Source: Acidobacteriota bacterium
Lineage (GTDB): Bacteria > Acidobacteriota > Vicinamibacteria > Vicinamibacterales > CAVVIG01
DNA: 54,893 nucleotides
Assembly (NCBI GenBank): GCA_023265155.1
Contig: JAHFUL010000003.1
Location: 7,915 to 62,807, forward strand
Reading direction: 5' to 3'
The notes under the pieces were generated by a model. It was given only the letters and a program-made list of their open reading frames with translations. It ran no database searches and was not told the origin of the DNA. Below are positions 19,362-29,851 of the stretch, one piece after another. Made by a program: the position numbers and the translations under genes. Position 1 is the stretch's first letter. Every line of letters starts with the position of its first letter.

Positions 19362-21230
19362 CTACTTGATGATGCGCGGGGTAATGAAGATGAGCAGCTC
19401 TTTGTTCTGCTCACTCAGAATCTCGTTCTTGAAGAGCCAGCCGAGAATCGGTATCCGGCTCAAGCCGGGCGTACGGTTGTTCGTCGCAGCTTGGTTACCC
19501 TGATAGATGCCGGCAATGACCGTCGTCTCACCGTCATTCACGAGCACAGTCGTGTTGGCACGCTGGGTATTGATCGACACGCCGTCGGGAAAGATTTCAC
19601 CAACCGAGCCGTTGTCGACCGAGATATTCATGATCACCGTGCCAGCCGTCGTAATTTGCGGCTTCACCTTCAGAATCAGCGCGGCGTCCTTGTAGCCTGT
19701 CACAACGGTGTTGTTCGCCGACGTCTGATAAGGCACTTGCACCCCCTGCGCGATTTCGGCTTCGACGTTGTTGAGGGTTGACACTTTTGGTGTCGAGAGC
19801 AGCTTCACGGTGCCCGCACGCTCGAGGGCCGTGAGCTCCACATCCAGATTGAAGGCTCCGTTCACCGATCCGAGGGCCAAGCCGACAGCGCTTGTCGCGG
19901 GAACCGCGAGGTTGACGGCGGTGCCTCCGCGCACCTCATCGGAGCCCAGTCGTCCCCCCAGACTGCCGTTGTTCGGGAACGCGAGGTTCGTCGTATTGCC
20001 AAGGGCTGCGTCGGCGCGCCCATTGAAGCCCCACCGCACGCCGAGCTGACGTGCATTGTCGGTGCTCGTCTGGATGATGCGCGCTTCGATCTCGACCTGG
20101 GGCTGCGCGCGATCAAGCTGCCCGACGAGGCTCCAGACGTTGTCGAGCCGGCCCTGCAGATCCGTGACGATCAGCGTGTTCGTCCGGTCATCAACATAGA
20201 TCTGACCGCGCGTCGACAACAGATTCTTCAGCAACGGCGGCATATCGGCCGCCCTCGAGTAGCTGAGCGTCTTGTTCACGGTGACCAGCTGGCCCGACAG
20301 CGCCTGTTCATCGGCAAGCTTGCGTCGCTGAACCTGCTCGTCGGACAGCACCGAGAGCGGGGCGACGCGAACAATCGTGTCCTCGACGACGACGCCGAGC
20401 TTGGCCTGTTTGAGCACCACGTCGAGCAACTGGTCCCAGGGCACCTGGGTCAGCACCAGGCTTACCTTCCCTGATATGCCCGGGTCGAACACCATGTTGA
20501 GGCCGCTGATGTCCTGAATGAGCTTCAGTACGCCGAGCACATCGGCGTCCTCGAGACTCCAGTTGCTCAGCTCACCTGTGTATTTCTTCGGTTGATCCTG
20601 CGACGACGCGGCGACCGTTGCCGGCGGCGGCGCGGTGGGTTGCTGCTGGGAATCGAGGGTGAGCAGGGCCGCCGTTCCTGCCGGAAGGATCGGAGCGGGC
20701 GTGGAGAGGGCAAGGGCCAGAATCGCATCGACGGCCGCAACCTTCGACTTCGCCAGCGCCTGCATCGCATCCGGCGGCTTGCCGGACCCGATCGGCGCGA
20801 CAGATACACTGCGGTCCGCGATCCGATCGAAGTCGACCACGATGGTGTTCCGCTCGCTTCGCACGCGGTACGCGACGGCCTCGGTAAGCGAGACGCGCAC
20901 CCGCGAAACCGGCGTGCCCATGAAATCGGTGGCTTCGAGCGCGACACGCGCAATCGGACCGGTGGCGCGGGCGACCTTGTTGGCGACCCCGTCGGACGCG
21001 ACGTCGCGCAGATCGAGGAGCACCGTCAGCGCGTCGGGGCGGGAGGCCACGTACGGGACCGGCTCGGTCGCTTCGATCACCAGCGAAGCGCCCTTCGCGT
21101 GGATGCGCGAGCTGATGGTCTTCAGCCGGACGCCTGAGGCGGGGCCGCCGCCGGCGGCGAATGCTGGAATACCGGTCACTGCCGCAACCGCCACGGCCGT
21201 GGACACAATGAGTACTTTGGTCGAAGTCAC
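19362..21230 (-). CDS. pilQ: Type IV pilus secretin with AMIN domain
   Basis: VPWDQ.LD, DDRTNTLIV, QVEIEARII, PGLSRIPILGWLF, ELLIFITPRII. Confidence 0.95.
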   Translation of the reverse strand: MTSTKVLIVSTAVAVAAVTGIPAFAAGGGPASGVRLKTISSRIHAKGASLVIEATEPVPYVASRPDALTVLLDLRDVASDGVANKVARATGPIARVALEATDFMGTPVSRVRVSLTEAVAYRVRSERNTIVVDFDRIADRSVSVAPIGSGKPPDAMQALAKSKVAAVDAILALALSTPAPILPAGTAALLTLDSQQQPTAPPPATVAASSQDQPKKYTGELSNWSLEDADVLGVLKLIQDISGLNMVFDPGISGKVSLVLTQVPWDQLLDVVLKQAKLGVVVEDTIVRVAPLSVLSDEQVQRRKLADEQALSGQLVTVNKTLSYSRAADMPPLLKNLLSTRGQIYVDDRTNTLIVTDLQGRLDNVWSLVGQLDRAQPQVEIEARIIQTSTDNARQLGVRWGFNGRADAALGNTTNLAFPNNGSLGGRLGSDEVRGGTAVNLAVPATSAVGLALGSVNGAFNLDVELTALERAGTVKLLSTPKVSTLNNVEAEIAQGVQVPYQTSANNTVVTGYKDAALILKVKPQITTAGTVIMNISVDNGSVGEIFPDGVSINTQRANTTVLVNDGETTVIAGIYQGNQAATNNRTPGLSRIPILGWLFKNEILSEQNKELLIFITPRIIK

Positions 21231-21799
21231 TGCTTTGCTTCCTCCAGCGAACGCAGGAGCTTGTGAACTTCCCGCTGCTTCGCGGTCGACAGCGGGTCGT
21301 TCACTTCCTGCGCGATCACGAGACCCTCTCGGGTGACCGATTTCACCGTTCCATCCGCCAGCTTGTCGCCTTGATGGATGTTGTAACTCCTGCCATCAGG
21401 TCCCTGAATCATCGCGACGAACCTGCCGTTGATCTGCACGACGCCCCGCACCAGGATCTCGTTCACGGCCAGTCCGGCTGCGCCTTCGCCCCGCTTCGTC
21501 GTTGCCCGCGGATCCACGGTGACGCCGCTCGTCAGCACATTGATGAACGGATCGCGGCGCCCGTCCACTTGATACACGTAGGCGTCGGGCGGCACCGCCG
21601 TTCGCGCGTCCGGGACGGCTGAACCTGTCGTGCCGGCCCCACCTCTCCCCGGCGTCTCCAGCGCCGTCGATCCGGAAGGCACGGTTTTCGCGCCCGCAGG
21701 GGCGGCGGCCCTTGGAGCGGCGGGCTCGGGCGATGCCTGGGCGCACGCCAGCAGCGGCAGCACGAGAACGAGCGCGACCAACCATGAGCACTCGCGCAT
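21227..21799 (-). CDS. pilP: PilP-like lipoprotein
   Basis: Y...GRRDPF motif; position between pilO and pilQ. Confidence 0.8.
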   Translation of the reverse strand: MRECSWLVALVLVLPLLACAQASPEPAAPRAAAPAGAKTVPSGSTALETPGRGGAGTTGSAVPDARTAVPPDAYVYQVDGRRDPFINVLTSGVTVDPRATTKRGEGAAGLAVNEILVRGVVQINGRFVAMIQGPDGRSYNIHQGDKLADGTVKSVTREGLVIAQEVNDPLSTAKQREVHKLLRSLEEAKQ

Positions 21800-21801
21800 G
21801 C

Positions 21802-22416
21802 TCAGGCCGCTTTCTTCGGAGCCGGAGCCGGCTTGGGTTTCGCCTTGGCCACGGTGAGCGGATCGAGCAACACAAACGTCGTCGCGACGCACTTCGCCGA
21901 AATGGTGGAATTGGGGGTCGGTCGACTGTTGCTTTCAATCGAGAGCCCGCTGATGTTGACGATGCGCGTGAACTTGCCGACGCGGTCGAAAAAAACCGCA
22001 AGGTTGTGGTACGTGCCGTCGAGCTCCAGTGCAATCGGCCACTCGGCGTGCAACTCCTTGGTCACAGGAGCGGACGGCTTGAACCCCTTGATCGTGAGGT
22101 TGGACTGCATCGCGACGTTCTGCATGCTGCGCAAGAGGTCGGCTGCGTCCTTCTCCTGCGGGAGGACTGCGCTGAGGTTGTTCAGGCGCGCCCCGAGGTC
22201 GTCGACCTGGGTGCGGAACTCGTCGAGCTTCTTGGCCGTGGCGAGCCCGATCGTGATGTCGGCCTGTATCTTCTTCAGCTGGTTCTGACGCGACACCATG
22301 TCGGCCCGTGCGGGCGCTTCGTAGTACGTGTAAAAGGCGAACACGCCGCCAGCGGAGAGTGCCACAAAGGCGCCGACCTGTGCGTACCACGGCAATTTCG
22401 CGAGACTGATTTCCAT
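21802..22416 (-). CDS. pilO: Type IV pilus assembly protein PilO
   Basis: TM + coiled coil, LP.EK, G.YHNLA.FFD.V.K..RIVNI. Confidence 0.9.
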   Translation of the reverse strand: MEISLAKLPWYAQVGAFVALSAGGVFAFYTYYEAPARADMVSRQNQLKKIQADITIGLATAKKLDEFRTQVDDLGARLNNLSAVLPQEKDAADLLRSMQNVAMQSNLTIKGFKPSAPVTKELHAEWPIALELDGTYHNLAVFFDRVGKFTRIVNISGLSIESNSRPTPNSTISAKCVATTFVLLDPLTVAKAKPKPAPAPKKAA

Positions 22417-22467
22417 CGGAACAACTACTCCAGCGCCATCGGGCCTCCCCGACAGCCCTTTCGTTGA

Positions 22468-23100
22468 CTAACCCGGTTTCGCCCCATTCGCGGCGGCTCC
22501 CAGCGTCGCCGGCGGCGCGGCGGCATCTGCTGGACGCTGAAATTGCGCGCGAATACTGAAGGAGACCATCGACCCTGGCGGGGTCGGCGTGGTGTCGGTC
22601 TGGCTGTTCACAATGTCGACGGACCGCTTGAAATAACCGGACGCCTCGAGGTTCGCGACAAAGTCGGTGAGCGAGGTGACGCTCGTGCTCTTACCGCTGA
22701 TGACCACCTCATTGGGGTCGGCCGACTGTTTCAGGTCGGTCAACCAGAGCATCCCCGGCAACGCGCGGCTGATCTGATCGAGCATGTGGACCGGACCGGT
22801 CTGGTCCCTGCGGAGCTGTTCGATGAGCGTCACGCGCTGCTGGAGCTCGATTTTGCGCTGTTCGAATTGCTGAACCTGCGTGATGATCGAACGCAGCCGC
22901 ACCCCTTCTTTCTGCGCCGCCGAGATCTCCTCGTCGAGCCTCACCGACTCCTGACCGACCGCCCAGTAGCGCCAGCCGACGAACAGCGCCGTAGCGATCA
23001 GCAGCACGCTGCAGCCGATGGTGATTTTCTGGCCGTCCTGAAACGCGAACTTCGCCTTCGCGACCTTCCGCTCAGGGGTCAGCAGATTGATTTTGATCAT
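22468..23100 (-). CDS. pilN: Type IV pilus assembly protein PilN
   Basis: MIKINLL, TM, coiled coil, LP..LWL. Confidence 0.9.
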   Translation of the reverse strand: MIKINLLTPERKVAKAKFAFQDGQKITIGCSVLLIATALFVGWRYWAVGQESVRLDEEISAAQKEGVRLRSIITQVQQFEQRKIELQQRVTLIEQLRRDQTGPVHMLDQISRALPGMLWLTDLKQSADPNEVVISGKSTSVTSLTDFVANLEASGYFKRSVDIVNSQTDTTPTPPGSMVSFSIRAQFQRPADAAAPPATLGAAANGAKPG

Positions 23101-24164
23101 CGATCCCCCGCCCGTCTCAGCGCGAGGCCCACGGCGACTGCCGCGGTCGGCGCGAGCCGCTCAGCATCGACAACTCCGAGCTTCCTGGCATCGAACGCGA
23201 TCTTCCGGAAGGGGTCGAAGACCTCCACCGGCGCGCCGAACCGCTCCGCGAGGGCTTCGGCGAAGCCGTCCACAGAGGCGGCGCCGCCGCTCAGCAGAAT
23301 CCGGTCAATCCGGTCGGAGGCCGCCGTCGCCTTGAAGAAATCGAACGTCTTCTGGATTTCCAGGAGCACGTTCTCGGTCATGGAATGGAGCACGGGCCGC
23401 ACGTCGTCGAAGGTGACGCTGTCGACCGGCTCGCCTTTCTTCGCCGCCTCGGCGTTGTCGTACGTGAGATTCAGCTCCTTCTGTAAGGCTTCTGTGTACG
23501 CGTTGCCGCCCATGGACACGTCGCGGGTGAACAACGACTGCCCGCCGCTCAGAATATTGATGTTGATCGCGCTCGCCCCGGCGTTGAGCAGGACGACGAC
23601 CGATCCGGCCTCTGGCCCGTAGTTCATCTCGTAGGCGTTCTGCAGGGCAAAGGCATCGACGTCCACGACGACCGGCACGCGGCCCGCCTGCGAAATGACA
23701 CCGGTGTAGTCGGCGATCTTCTCCTTCTTCGCCGCGACAAGGAGCACTTCCATCGTGCCGGTGGATTCGGGGCCCGTTCCGGGATCGAGAATCTGGTAGT
23801 CCAGGTTGACGTCCTGGATATCGAACGGAATGTATTGTTCGGCTTCCCAATAGATCGACTCGCCCAGCTCCGCCTCGGTCATCACCGGCAGATTGATTTT
23901 CTTGACAATCACCGCGTTCCCGGAAAGCGACGCGGCCACGTTCTTCGCTTTGAACGCCTTGTTGCCGAACAGGCGGCCGATCGCGCCGGCCACCGCTGCT
24001 CCGTCGATGATGGCGCCGTCGACGATGCTGTCGGGCGGAAGCGGTTCATGAGCAAATGCCAACACCCGGAAGCCCTTGCCGGCGGCCTTCAGCTCGACGG
24101 CCTTGAGCGCGCTCGAGCCAATGTCGAGGCCCACCACGGCTTTGTTCCGACCCAGACCAAACAT
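23097..24164 (-). CDS. pilM: Type IV pilus assembly protein PilM
   Basis: VGLDIGSS.LKAV, WEAEQYIPF, AVAVGLALR; ATG at 24164 with GGAGG RBS. Confidence 0.95.
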   Translation of the reverse strand: MFGLGRNKAVVGLDIGSSALKAVELKAAGKGFRVLAFAHEPLPPDSIVDGAIIDGAAVAGAIGRLFGNKAFKAKNVAASLSGNAVIVKKINLPVMTEAELGESIYWEAEQYIPFDIQDVNLDYQILDPGTGPESTGTMEVLLVAAKKEKIADYTGVISQAGRVPVVVDVDAFALQNAYEMNYGPEAGSVVVLLNAGASAININILSGGQSLFTRDVSMGGNAYTEALQKELNLTYDNAEAAKKGEPVDSVTFDDVRPVLHSMTENVLLEIQKTFDFFKATAASDRIDRILLSGGAASVDGFAEALAERFGAPVEVFDPFRKIAFDARKLGVVDAERLAPTAAVAVGLALRRAGDR

Positions 24165-24384
24165 TGACCTCCTCGAGACTACAAAGTGGATACCAACCTC
24201 ATCCGTCGGAATTCCTGGAACAAACGGCCAATTCCCGTGTCCGATGGCGAAAATTGCGACCAGACCCGCGTCGCGCCACCATGCCGACTTCAGTTCCTTC
24301 ACCGATTACAGTCCTGTAGCGTCGGCGCGGGTGCAAGCGCGAAAATAAGGCCACTTACTCTTATCGGCCAGACGGGCACGCCGC

Positions 24385-24413
24385 TTGACAGTGCCTACAA
24401 AGGTCCGTATGAT
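24385..24413 (+). promoter_or_regulatory. Sigma70 promoter of the rplM operon
   Basis: TTGACA-17 nt-TATGAT. Confidence 0.8.
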
Positions 24414-24568
24414 TTGGGTTTGCCGTTGTCCGCGCCCACCGGACCGAAGGGTTCGAAGAGAGCCGCGGGCCAGACCGGATCCCCTTACAACGGTTTTTGG
24501 GAAGAATCCGGAGCGGGTCGAAGAGCCCGCCTGGAAGCGCGGGCCCGACGCTCGCCGGGACACACTCA

Positions 24569-25006
24569 ATGTCTACGTTTATCGCCTCCGCGAAACACGT
24601 CGCGGGGAGCGCGCGCTGGCATCTCATCGACGCGGACGGCAAGGTGCTCGGCCGCCTCGCCACCGCAGCCGCGCGGCTGCTCCAGGGCAAGCACAAGCCA
24701 ATCTACACGCCGTTCATCGATACCGGCGACCACGTCATCGTCGTTAACGCGGCGAAGGTGAGGCTCACGGGCCGCAAAGAAGACCAGAAAATCTATCGCC
24801 AGCATTCGGGGTATGAAGGCGGGCTGCGGGAAACCCGTGCGCGGATCGTGCGGCAGCAGCATCCCGAACGGATTGTGGAGGATGCCATTCACGGGATGCT
24901 GCCCAAGACCACGATGGGCGCGTCGATGTATCGCAAGCTGAAAGTGTACGCCGGTCCGGACCACCCGCACACGGCGCAGAAACCCTCAAAGCTCGAGGTC
25001 GCGTAA
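24569..25006 (+). CDS. rplM: 50S ribosomal protein L13
   Basis: [28 protein letters not shown]. Confidence 0.97.
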   Translation: MSTFIASAKHVAGSARWHLIDADGKVLGRLATAAARLLQGKHKPIYTPFIDTGDHVIVVNAAKVRLTGRKEDQKIYRQHSGYEGGLRETRARIVRQQHPERIVEDAIHGMLPKTTMGASMYRKLKVYAGPDHPHTAQKPSKLEVA

Positions 25007-25008
25007 AC

Positions 25009-25401
25009 GTGGCAGCAGTTCAGTACTACGGCACTGGTCGGCGCAAGACCTCGACCGCTCGTGTGTTTCTCCGCCCGGGAACGGGCGCCGTCAGCGTCAA
25101 CGAACGCGCCTTCGACGCGTTCTTCCCCTCCAAGGCGCTCCGCACTCAGATTCGTCAGCCGCTGGTGCTCACGGAAACGGCGGACAAGTTCGACATCCTG
25201 GCGACCGTTGCCGGCGGCGGCGTATCAGGGCAGGCGGGCGCAGTGAGACTCGGAATTGCCAGGGCGCTGGTGCGGTACAACCTCGAGCTGCGCAAGCGGC
25301 TGAAGGACGACGGGCTCTTGACGCGCGACGCACGCGCGAAGGAGCGGAAGAAGTACGGAATGGCGGGCGCGCGTAAACGCTTCCAGTTCAGCAAGCGGTA
25401 A
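25009..25401 (+). CDS. rpsI: 30S ribosomal protein S9
   Basis: [24 protein letters not shown]. Confidence 0.98.
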   Translation: MAAVQYYGTGRRKTSTARVFLRPGTGAVSVNERAFDAFFPSKALRTQIRQPLVLTETADKFDILATVAGGGVSGQAGAVRLGIARALVRYNLELRKRLKDDGLLTRDARAKERKKYGMAGARKRFQFSKR

Positions 25402-25405
25402 AGGG

Positions 25406-25487
25406 CGGCTGTCAGCCGTCAGCTATCAGCTATCCGCTGGGAACTGAACGTTGAAAGCTGAAAGCCGAAAACTGAAAGCTGAGAGCT
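25406..25487. repeat. Inverted heptamer arrays (CAGCYRT / CTGAAAG) between rpsI and rpsB
   Basis: gtcagccgtcagctatcagctatc ... tgaaagctgaaagccgaaaactgaaagctgagagc. Confidence 0.8.
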
Positions 25488-25505
25488 CTGTTTGAGGAGG
25501 ACTGT

Positions 25506-26333
25506 TTGGCAGCGATCGCGATGAAGGACTTGCTGGAGGCCGGCGTGCACTTCGGCCACCAGACGAAGCGCTGGAATCCGAAGATGAAGGAGTACATCTT
25601 CGGGGAACGAAACGGCATCTACATCATTGACCTGGGAAAGACGGTCAAGCTGTTCCGCGAGGCTGAGGAGTTCGTCAGCCGTCTCGCCGCCGAGGGCCGC
25701 ACGATCTTGTTCGTCGGCACCAAACGTCAGGCGCAGGACGTCATCGCCGAAGAGGCCCAGCGCTGCGGCATGTTCTACGTCAACGAACGCTGGCTGGGCG
25801 GCCTGCTCACCAACTTCGCCACCATTCAACGCAGTCTCGGCCGGCTCCGCGACATCGAGACCATGTCGACCGACGGCCGCTATGACACGCTCTCCAAGAA
25901 AGAGATCGCCAGGAACGAAAAAGAGCGGCGGAAGCTGACGAAAAACCTCGAAGGCATCCGCGGCATGGCGCGCCTTCCCGACGCCATCTTCGTGGTCGAC
26001 ACCAGGAAGGAAAAGATCGCGGTCGACGAGGCGCGGAAGCTGAAGATCCCCGTGCTCGGCATCGTGGACACCAATTGCGATCCGGACGAAGTCGACTTCA
26101 TCATTCCCGGCAACGACGACGCCCTGCGCTCCATCCGGCTGTTTGCCGCGCGCATCGCCGACGCCGTGATGAGCGGCCGCGGCATGAAGGAATCGGCCGA
26201 GGCGGATGAGGCGCGCGACCGCGGCCCTGGCGGTAATGACACCGGGACGCCGGGCGGTGGCGGAAAAGACGGCCCCCGTCAGCCGCCACGACCACTCCGG
26301 CGCGCGCGCGAAACGGCCCCGGCATCCGCGTAA
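25506..26333 (+). CDS. rpsB: 30S ribosomal protein S2 (TTG start)
   Basis: [42 protein letters not shown]. Confidence 0.98.
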   Translation: MAAIAMKDLLEAGVHFGHQTKRWNPKMKEYIFGERNGIYIIDLGKTVKLFREAEEFVSRLAAEGRTILFVGTKRQAQDVIAEEAQRCGMFYVNERWLGGLLTNFATIQRSLGRLRDIETMSTDGRYDTLSKKEIARNEKERRKLTKNLEGIRGMARLPDAIFVVDTRKEKIAVDEARKLKIPVLGIVDTNCDPDEVDFIIPGNDDALRSIRLFAARIADAVMSGRGMKESAEADEARDRGPGGNDTGTPGGGGKDGPRQPPRPLRRARETAPASA

Positions 26334-26353
26334 CCTGCAGTCACTGATGTTCG

Positions 26354-26387
26354 GACGCCGGCCTCTTGCAAGGGTCGGCGTTTTTTT
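26354..26387 (+). terminator. Intrinsic terminator/attenuator between rpsB and tsf
   Basis: GACGCCGGCC..loop..GGTCGGCG followed by T7. Confidence 0.8.
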
Positions 26388-26421
26388 CGTACCCCGCGCA
26401 GCCGTTCCTACGGAGACACCA

Positions 26422-27306
26422 ATGGCCATCACAGCGAGCGACGTCAAGAAGCTCCGCGACCAGACCGGCGCGGGGATGATGGATTGCAAGGCCGCCCTCG
26501 AGGAAGCAGGCGGCAACTTCGACGAGGCCAACACGATTCTGCGCAAGAAAGGACTGGCGAGCGCCGCCAAGAAAATTGGACGAGTGACCAAGGAAGGCCT
26601 CATCGGCCACCTGCTGTCCCCCGATGGATCGAAAGGCATCCTGGTGGAAGTCAATTGCGAGTCTGATTTCGTGGCACGCACCGACGACTTCCAGCAGCTC
26701 CTCAAAGACATCCTCGCCCAGATCGACGAGAAGGGCGACGCTGCAGACGAGGCGTGGGTGAAGGACCCCGCCGGGCCGGTGCAACAGCGCGTGGCCGCCG
26801 CCATCGGGAAGCTGGGGGAAAACATGGCGGTGCCTCGCTTCGTCCGGTACGCGGGTCAGGGCTACATCGGCCAGTACATTCACATGGGCGGGAAGATCGG
26901 CGTCCAGGTCGAGTTCGCGGGCGTCACGCCCGCCATCGGGGCACACGAGGAATTCGTGGCGCTGGCCAAGAAGATCGCCCAGCAGGTGGCGGCGGCCAGC
27001 CCCGAGGCACCGCGCTATGTGTCGCGAGCGGCAGTGCCCGCCGACGTGCTCGAGAAAGAACGATCCATCTACCGCGCGCAGATGGAACGCTCTGGCAAGC
27101 CGGCGAGCATCATCGACAAGATCGTCGAAGGCAAGCTCGGAAGCTTCTATTCACTCGTGGTTCTCCCCGACCAAGTGTCCATCCACGATTCGAAGGTGAC
27201 GGTTGCCGATTTGATCGGCGCAGCCAGCAAGGCGCTGGGATCGCCGATCACGCTGACGCGCTTCGCGCGGTTGAAAGTCGGAGAAGGTGCGCAGCCCGAT
27301 CTATAA
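26422..27306 (+). CDS. tsf: Elongation factor Ts
   Basis: VKKLRDQTGAGMMDCK, EVNCESDFVAR. Confidence 0.97.
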   Translation: MAITASDVKKLRDQTGAGMMDCKAALEEAGGNFDEANTILRKKGLASAAKKIGRVTKEGLIGHLLSPDGSKGILVEVNCESDFVARTDDFQQLLKDILAQIDEKGDAADEAWVKDPAGPVQQRVAAAIGKLGENMAVPRFVRYAGQGYIGQYIHMGGKIGVQVEFAGVTPAIGAHEEFVALAKKIAQQVAAASPEAPRYVSRAAVPADVLEKERSIYRAQMERSGKPASIIDKIVEGKLGSFYSLVVLPDQVSIHDSKVTVADLIGAASKALGSPITLTRFARLKVGEGAQPDL

Positions 27307-27315
27307 TCGTTCCCC

Positions 27316-28041
27316 GTGGCTGCCTCTTCCCCTCCCGCCTACAAGCGCGTTCTCCTGAAGCTCTCCGGCGAGGCGCTCATGGGCGACCAAAGCTACGGCA
27401 TCGATCCGGCCGTGGCCACGCAAGTCGCCAAGGACGTCGCCGAGATACAGGGGATGGGGGTGCAGACCGCGATCGTGATCGGCGGCGGCAACATCTTCCG
27501 CGGCGTTGCGGCAAGCGCCCGCGGCATGGATCGCGCAACCGCCGACTACATGGGCATGCTGGCGACGGTGATCAATGCTCTCGCGCTGCAGGATGCCCTC
27601 GAACAGCAGGGCGTGGTCACCCGCGTGGTCACCGCCATCGAAATGCGCGCGGTCGCCGAGCCGTTCATTCGTCGCCGCTCGATCCGGCATCTCGAAAAGG
27701 GCCGGGTCGTGGTCTTTGGCGCCGGCACCGGCAACCCGTACTTCAGCACCGATACGGCCGCCGCCCTGCGGGCCATGGAGATGAAGGCGGACGTCATCCT
27801 CAAGGCGACACGGGTCGACGGCATCTACGACGCCGATCCATTGCTCCACGCCGATGCGACTCGCTTCGATCGCATCTCGTATCTTCAGGTGCTCGAACAG
27901 GGCCTCAAGGTCATGGACGCCACCGCGATCTCGCTGTGCATGGACAACCGCCTGCCCATTGTCGTGTTCAACCTGCGCACGCCAGGCAATATCAAACGCG
28001 CGATCAGTGGTGAGCCCATCGGATCACTGGTCACGGCGTGA
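27316..28041 (+). CDS. pyrH: UMP kinase
   Basis: [25 protein letters not shown]. Confidence 0.98.
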   Translation: MAASSPPAYKRVLLKLSGEALMGDQSYGIDPAVATQVAKDVAEIQGMGVQTAIVIGGGNIFRGVAASARGMDRATADYMGMLATVINALALQDALEQQGVVTRVVTAIEMRAVAEPFIRRRSIRHLEKGRVVVFGAGTGNPYFSTDTAAALRAMEMKADVILKATRVDGIYDADPLLHADATRFDRISYLQVLEQGLKVMDATAISLCMDNRLPIVVFNLRTPGNIKRAISGEPIGSLVTA

Positions 28042-28045
28042 ACTG

Positions 28046-28118
28046 AATGCAAGGATTTGAGGATTTGGGAATGTAAGAATGTGACTGACATCCTTACATC
28101 TTCACATCTTCAAATTTC
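28046..28118. repeat. Inverted octamer arrays between pyrH and frr
   Basis: ggatttgaggatttgggaatgtaagaatgt / acatccttacatcttcacatcttcaaat. Confidence 0.8.
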
Positions 28119-28133
28119 ACCGGAGTCCCTCCC

Positions 28134-28703
28134 ATGGATGTGAACGACCTGAAGGGTCTGTTTGCCGAGGTCACCAAGCGGATGACCACCGCGCTCGAAC
28201 ATGTGCGCCATGAGCTCGGGGGCGTGCGCACCGGGCGCGCCTCGGTCACGATTCTGGACAGCGTGCACGTCATGGCCTATGGCACGAAAATGCCGCTCAA
28301 TCAGCTTGCGGGTCTCTCGGTGCCGGAGCCGGCGCTCATTGTCGCGCAGCCGTTCGATCCCTCGCTGCTCGCTGCCATCGAAAAGGCCATTCGCGCGTCG
28401 GATCTCGGCCTGAACCCGGCGAACGATGGCAAGGTCGTGAGGATTCCGATTCCTTCCCTCACCGAAGAGCGTCGCAAGGAACTGTCCCGCCACGTGCACA
28501 AGCTCACCGAGGAGGGCCGCAACAGCATCCGCCAGGTTCGTCGGGACGCGAACGAACGGCTGAAGAAACTGCTGAAGGATTCGAAGATTTCCGAGGACGA
28601 TGAGAAGAAGGGTCTGGATGAAGTTCAGCGCATCACCGACAACCACATCAGGCTCGTCGACGATCTGCAGAAGAAGAAGGACGCCGACCTGCTCGGGAAG
28701 TAG
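28134..28703 (+). CDS. frr: Ribosome recycling factor
   Basis: RTGRAS, LGLNP.NDG, LTEERRKEL, R.VRRDAN. Confidence 0.97.
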   Translation: MDVNDLKGLFAEVTKRMTTALEHVRHELGGVRTGRASVTILDSVHVMAYGTKMPLNQLAGLSVPEPALIVAQPFDPSLLAAIEKAIRASDLGLNPANDGKVVRIPIPSLTEERRKELSRHVHKLTEEGRNSIRQVRRDANERLKKLLKDSKISEDDEKKGLDEVQRITDNHIRLVDDLQKKKDADLLGK

Positions 28704-28712
28704 CTTCGGTAC

Positions 28713-28736
28713 GTAGTGTCCGGCTTTAGCCGGACC
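28713..28736. repeat. Single REP (GTAGTGTCCGGCTTTAGCCGGACC) between convergent frr and pfkA
   Basis: GTAG foot + GTCCGGCT-TT-AGCCGGAC palindrome. Confidence 0.75.
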
Positions 28737-28771
28737 TGCCGATAGTCCGCCTCCCAGGCAACTCCTGCTTT

Positions 28772-29851
28772 CTAGTCCCCGAAGGTCACCCCCAGCGCCC
28801 TCGCCGTCAGCACCAGATCGAAATCGGGCGGCACGGTCTTGGCCTTGCCGACAACGTCTTCCAGCCGCCTCGCCACGATGTCCGGCGGAGCGGAGGCCAC
28901 CATCGTCCCGAAGTCGTCCTGCTTGATGAGCTCCACCGCTTTCGCTCCAAAGCGCGTGGCCAGGACGCGGTCGAAGCTCGTCGGAGCTCCTCCCCGCTGA
29001 AGATGACCGAGCACCACCGATCGCGTTTCCTTGCCGGTGACCTTCGCGAGAGCCGAACAGACTCGCGCGCCGATCCCGCCCAGCCGCTCCACGTGTCCCT
29101 GCTGCGCTTCCTCGAGGAGCTCGAGCTTCCCGCCCTTCGGAAATGCACCTTCCGCCACCACGACGATGCTGAACCGCGCGCCCCAGCGATCGCGTTCCAT
29201 CAGCCGCTCGGCGAGAGCGGTCAGATCGAAGGGAATCTCCGGGATCAGAATGGCGTCGGCGCCGCCGCCCACGCCGGAGTACAGTGCGATCCAACCGGCG
29301 TAGCGCCCCATCACTTCCACGACCATGATGCGCTTGTGCGCTTCCGCGGTCGTGTGCAGCCGGTCGATGGCATCGGTGGCAAACGCAACGGCGGTATCGA
29401 AGCCGAAGCAGTTGGTCGTGCCGGCGATGTCGTTGTCGATGGTTTTCGGGACACCGACGACGGGAATGCCCAGCCTGTAGAACTGGTGAGCGATGGCCAG
29501 CGTGCCGTCCCCGCCGATGACAACCAGCGCACCGAGGCCCATCTTGTGGAACATCTCGACGACGCGATCGGAATAGTCCTTCGTTCCCTCGGACGTGACG
29601 ATCGGATGGGCGAACGGGTTGCCACGGTTCGTGGTGCCCAGGATGGTGCCGCCGAGCCGCAGGATCCCGGTGACGTCGCGCGGCGTGAGTGGGCGCGAGC
29701 GGCCGGGTTCGATGAGGCCATCGAAGCTGTCCTCGAGGCCGATGCACTCGATGCCGCTGTTGCAGGCGGATTTGACGACCGCCCGGATGACGGCGTTGAG
29801 GCCTGGCGCGTCTCCACCGCCGGTGAGTACGCCGATGCGCTGGACGGTCAC
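28772..29851 (-). CDS. pfkA: 6-phosphofructokinase (PfkA family)
   Basis: LTGGGDAPGLN, GGTILGT, IGGDGT, PKTIDND, EVMGR, LGHLQRGG. Confidence 0.95.
   Translation of the reverse strand: MTVQRIGVLTGGGDAPGLNAVIRAVVKSACNSGIECIGLEDSFDGLIEPGRSRPLTPRDVTGILRLGGTILGTTNRGNPFAHPIVTSEGTKDYSDRVVEMFHKMGLGALVVIGGDGTLAIAHQFYRLGIPVVGVPKTIDNDIAGTTNCFGFDTAVAFATDAIDRLHTTAEAHKRIMVVEVMGRYAGWIALYSGVGGGADAILIPEIPFDLTALAERLMERDRWGARFSIVVVAEGAFPKGGKLELLEEAQQGHVERLGGIGARVCSALAKVTGKETRSVVLGHLQRGGAPTSFDRVLATRFGAKAVELIKQDDFGTMVASAPPDIVARRLEDVVGKAKTVPPDFDLVLTARALGVTFGD

Noticed and set aside
24245..24258. Sigma54-like TGGC…TTGC upstream of pilM
   Set aside because: Wrong spacing and wrong strand.
28110..29747. Long overlapping or antisense ORFs (also 571-1848, 14296-15756, 25419-26825, 32252-33457)
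   Set aside because: Shadow frames of recognised genes in GC-rich DNA, with no motifs.
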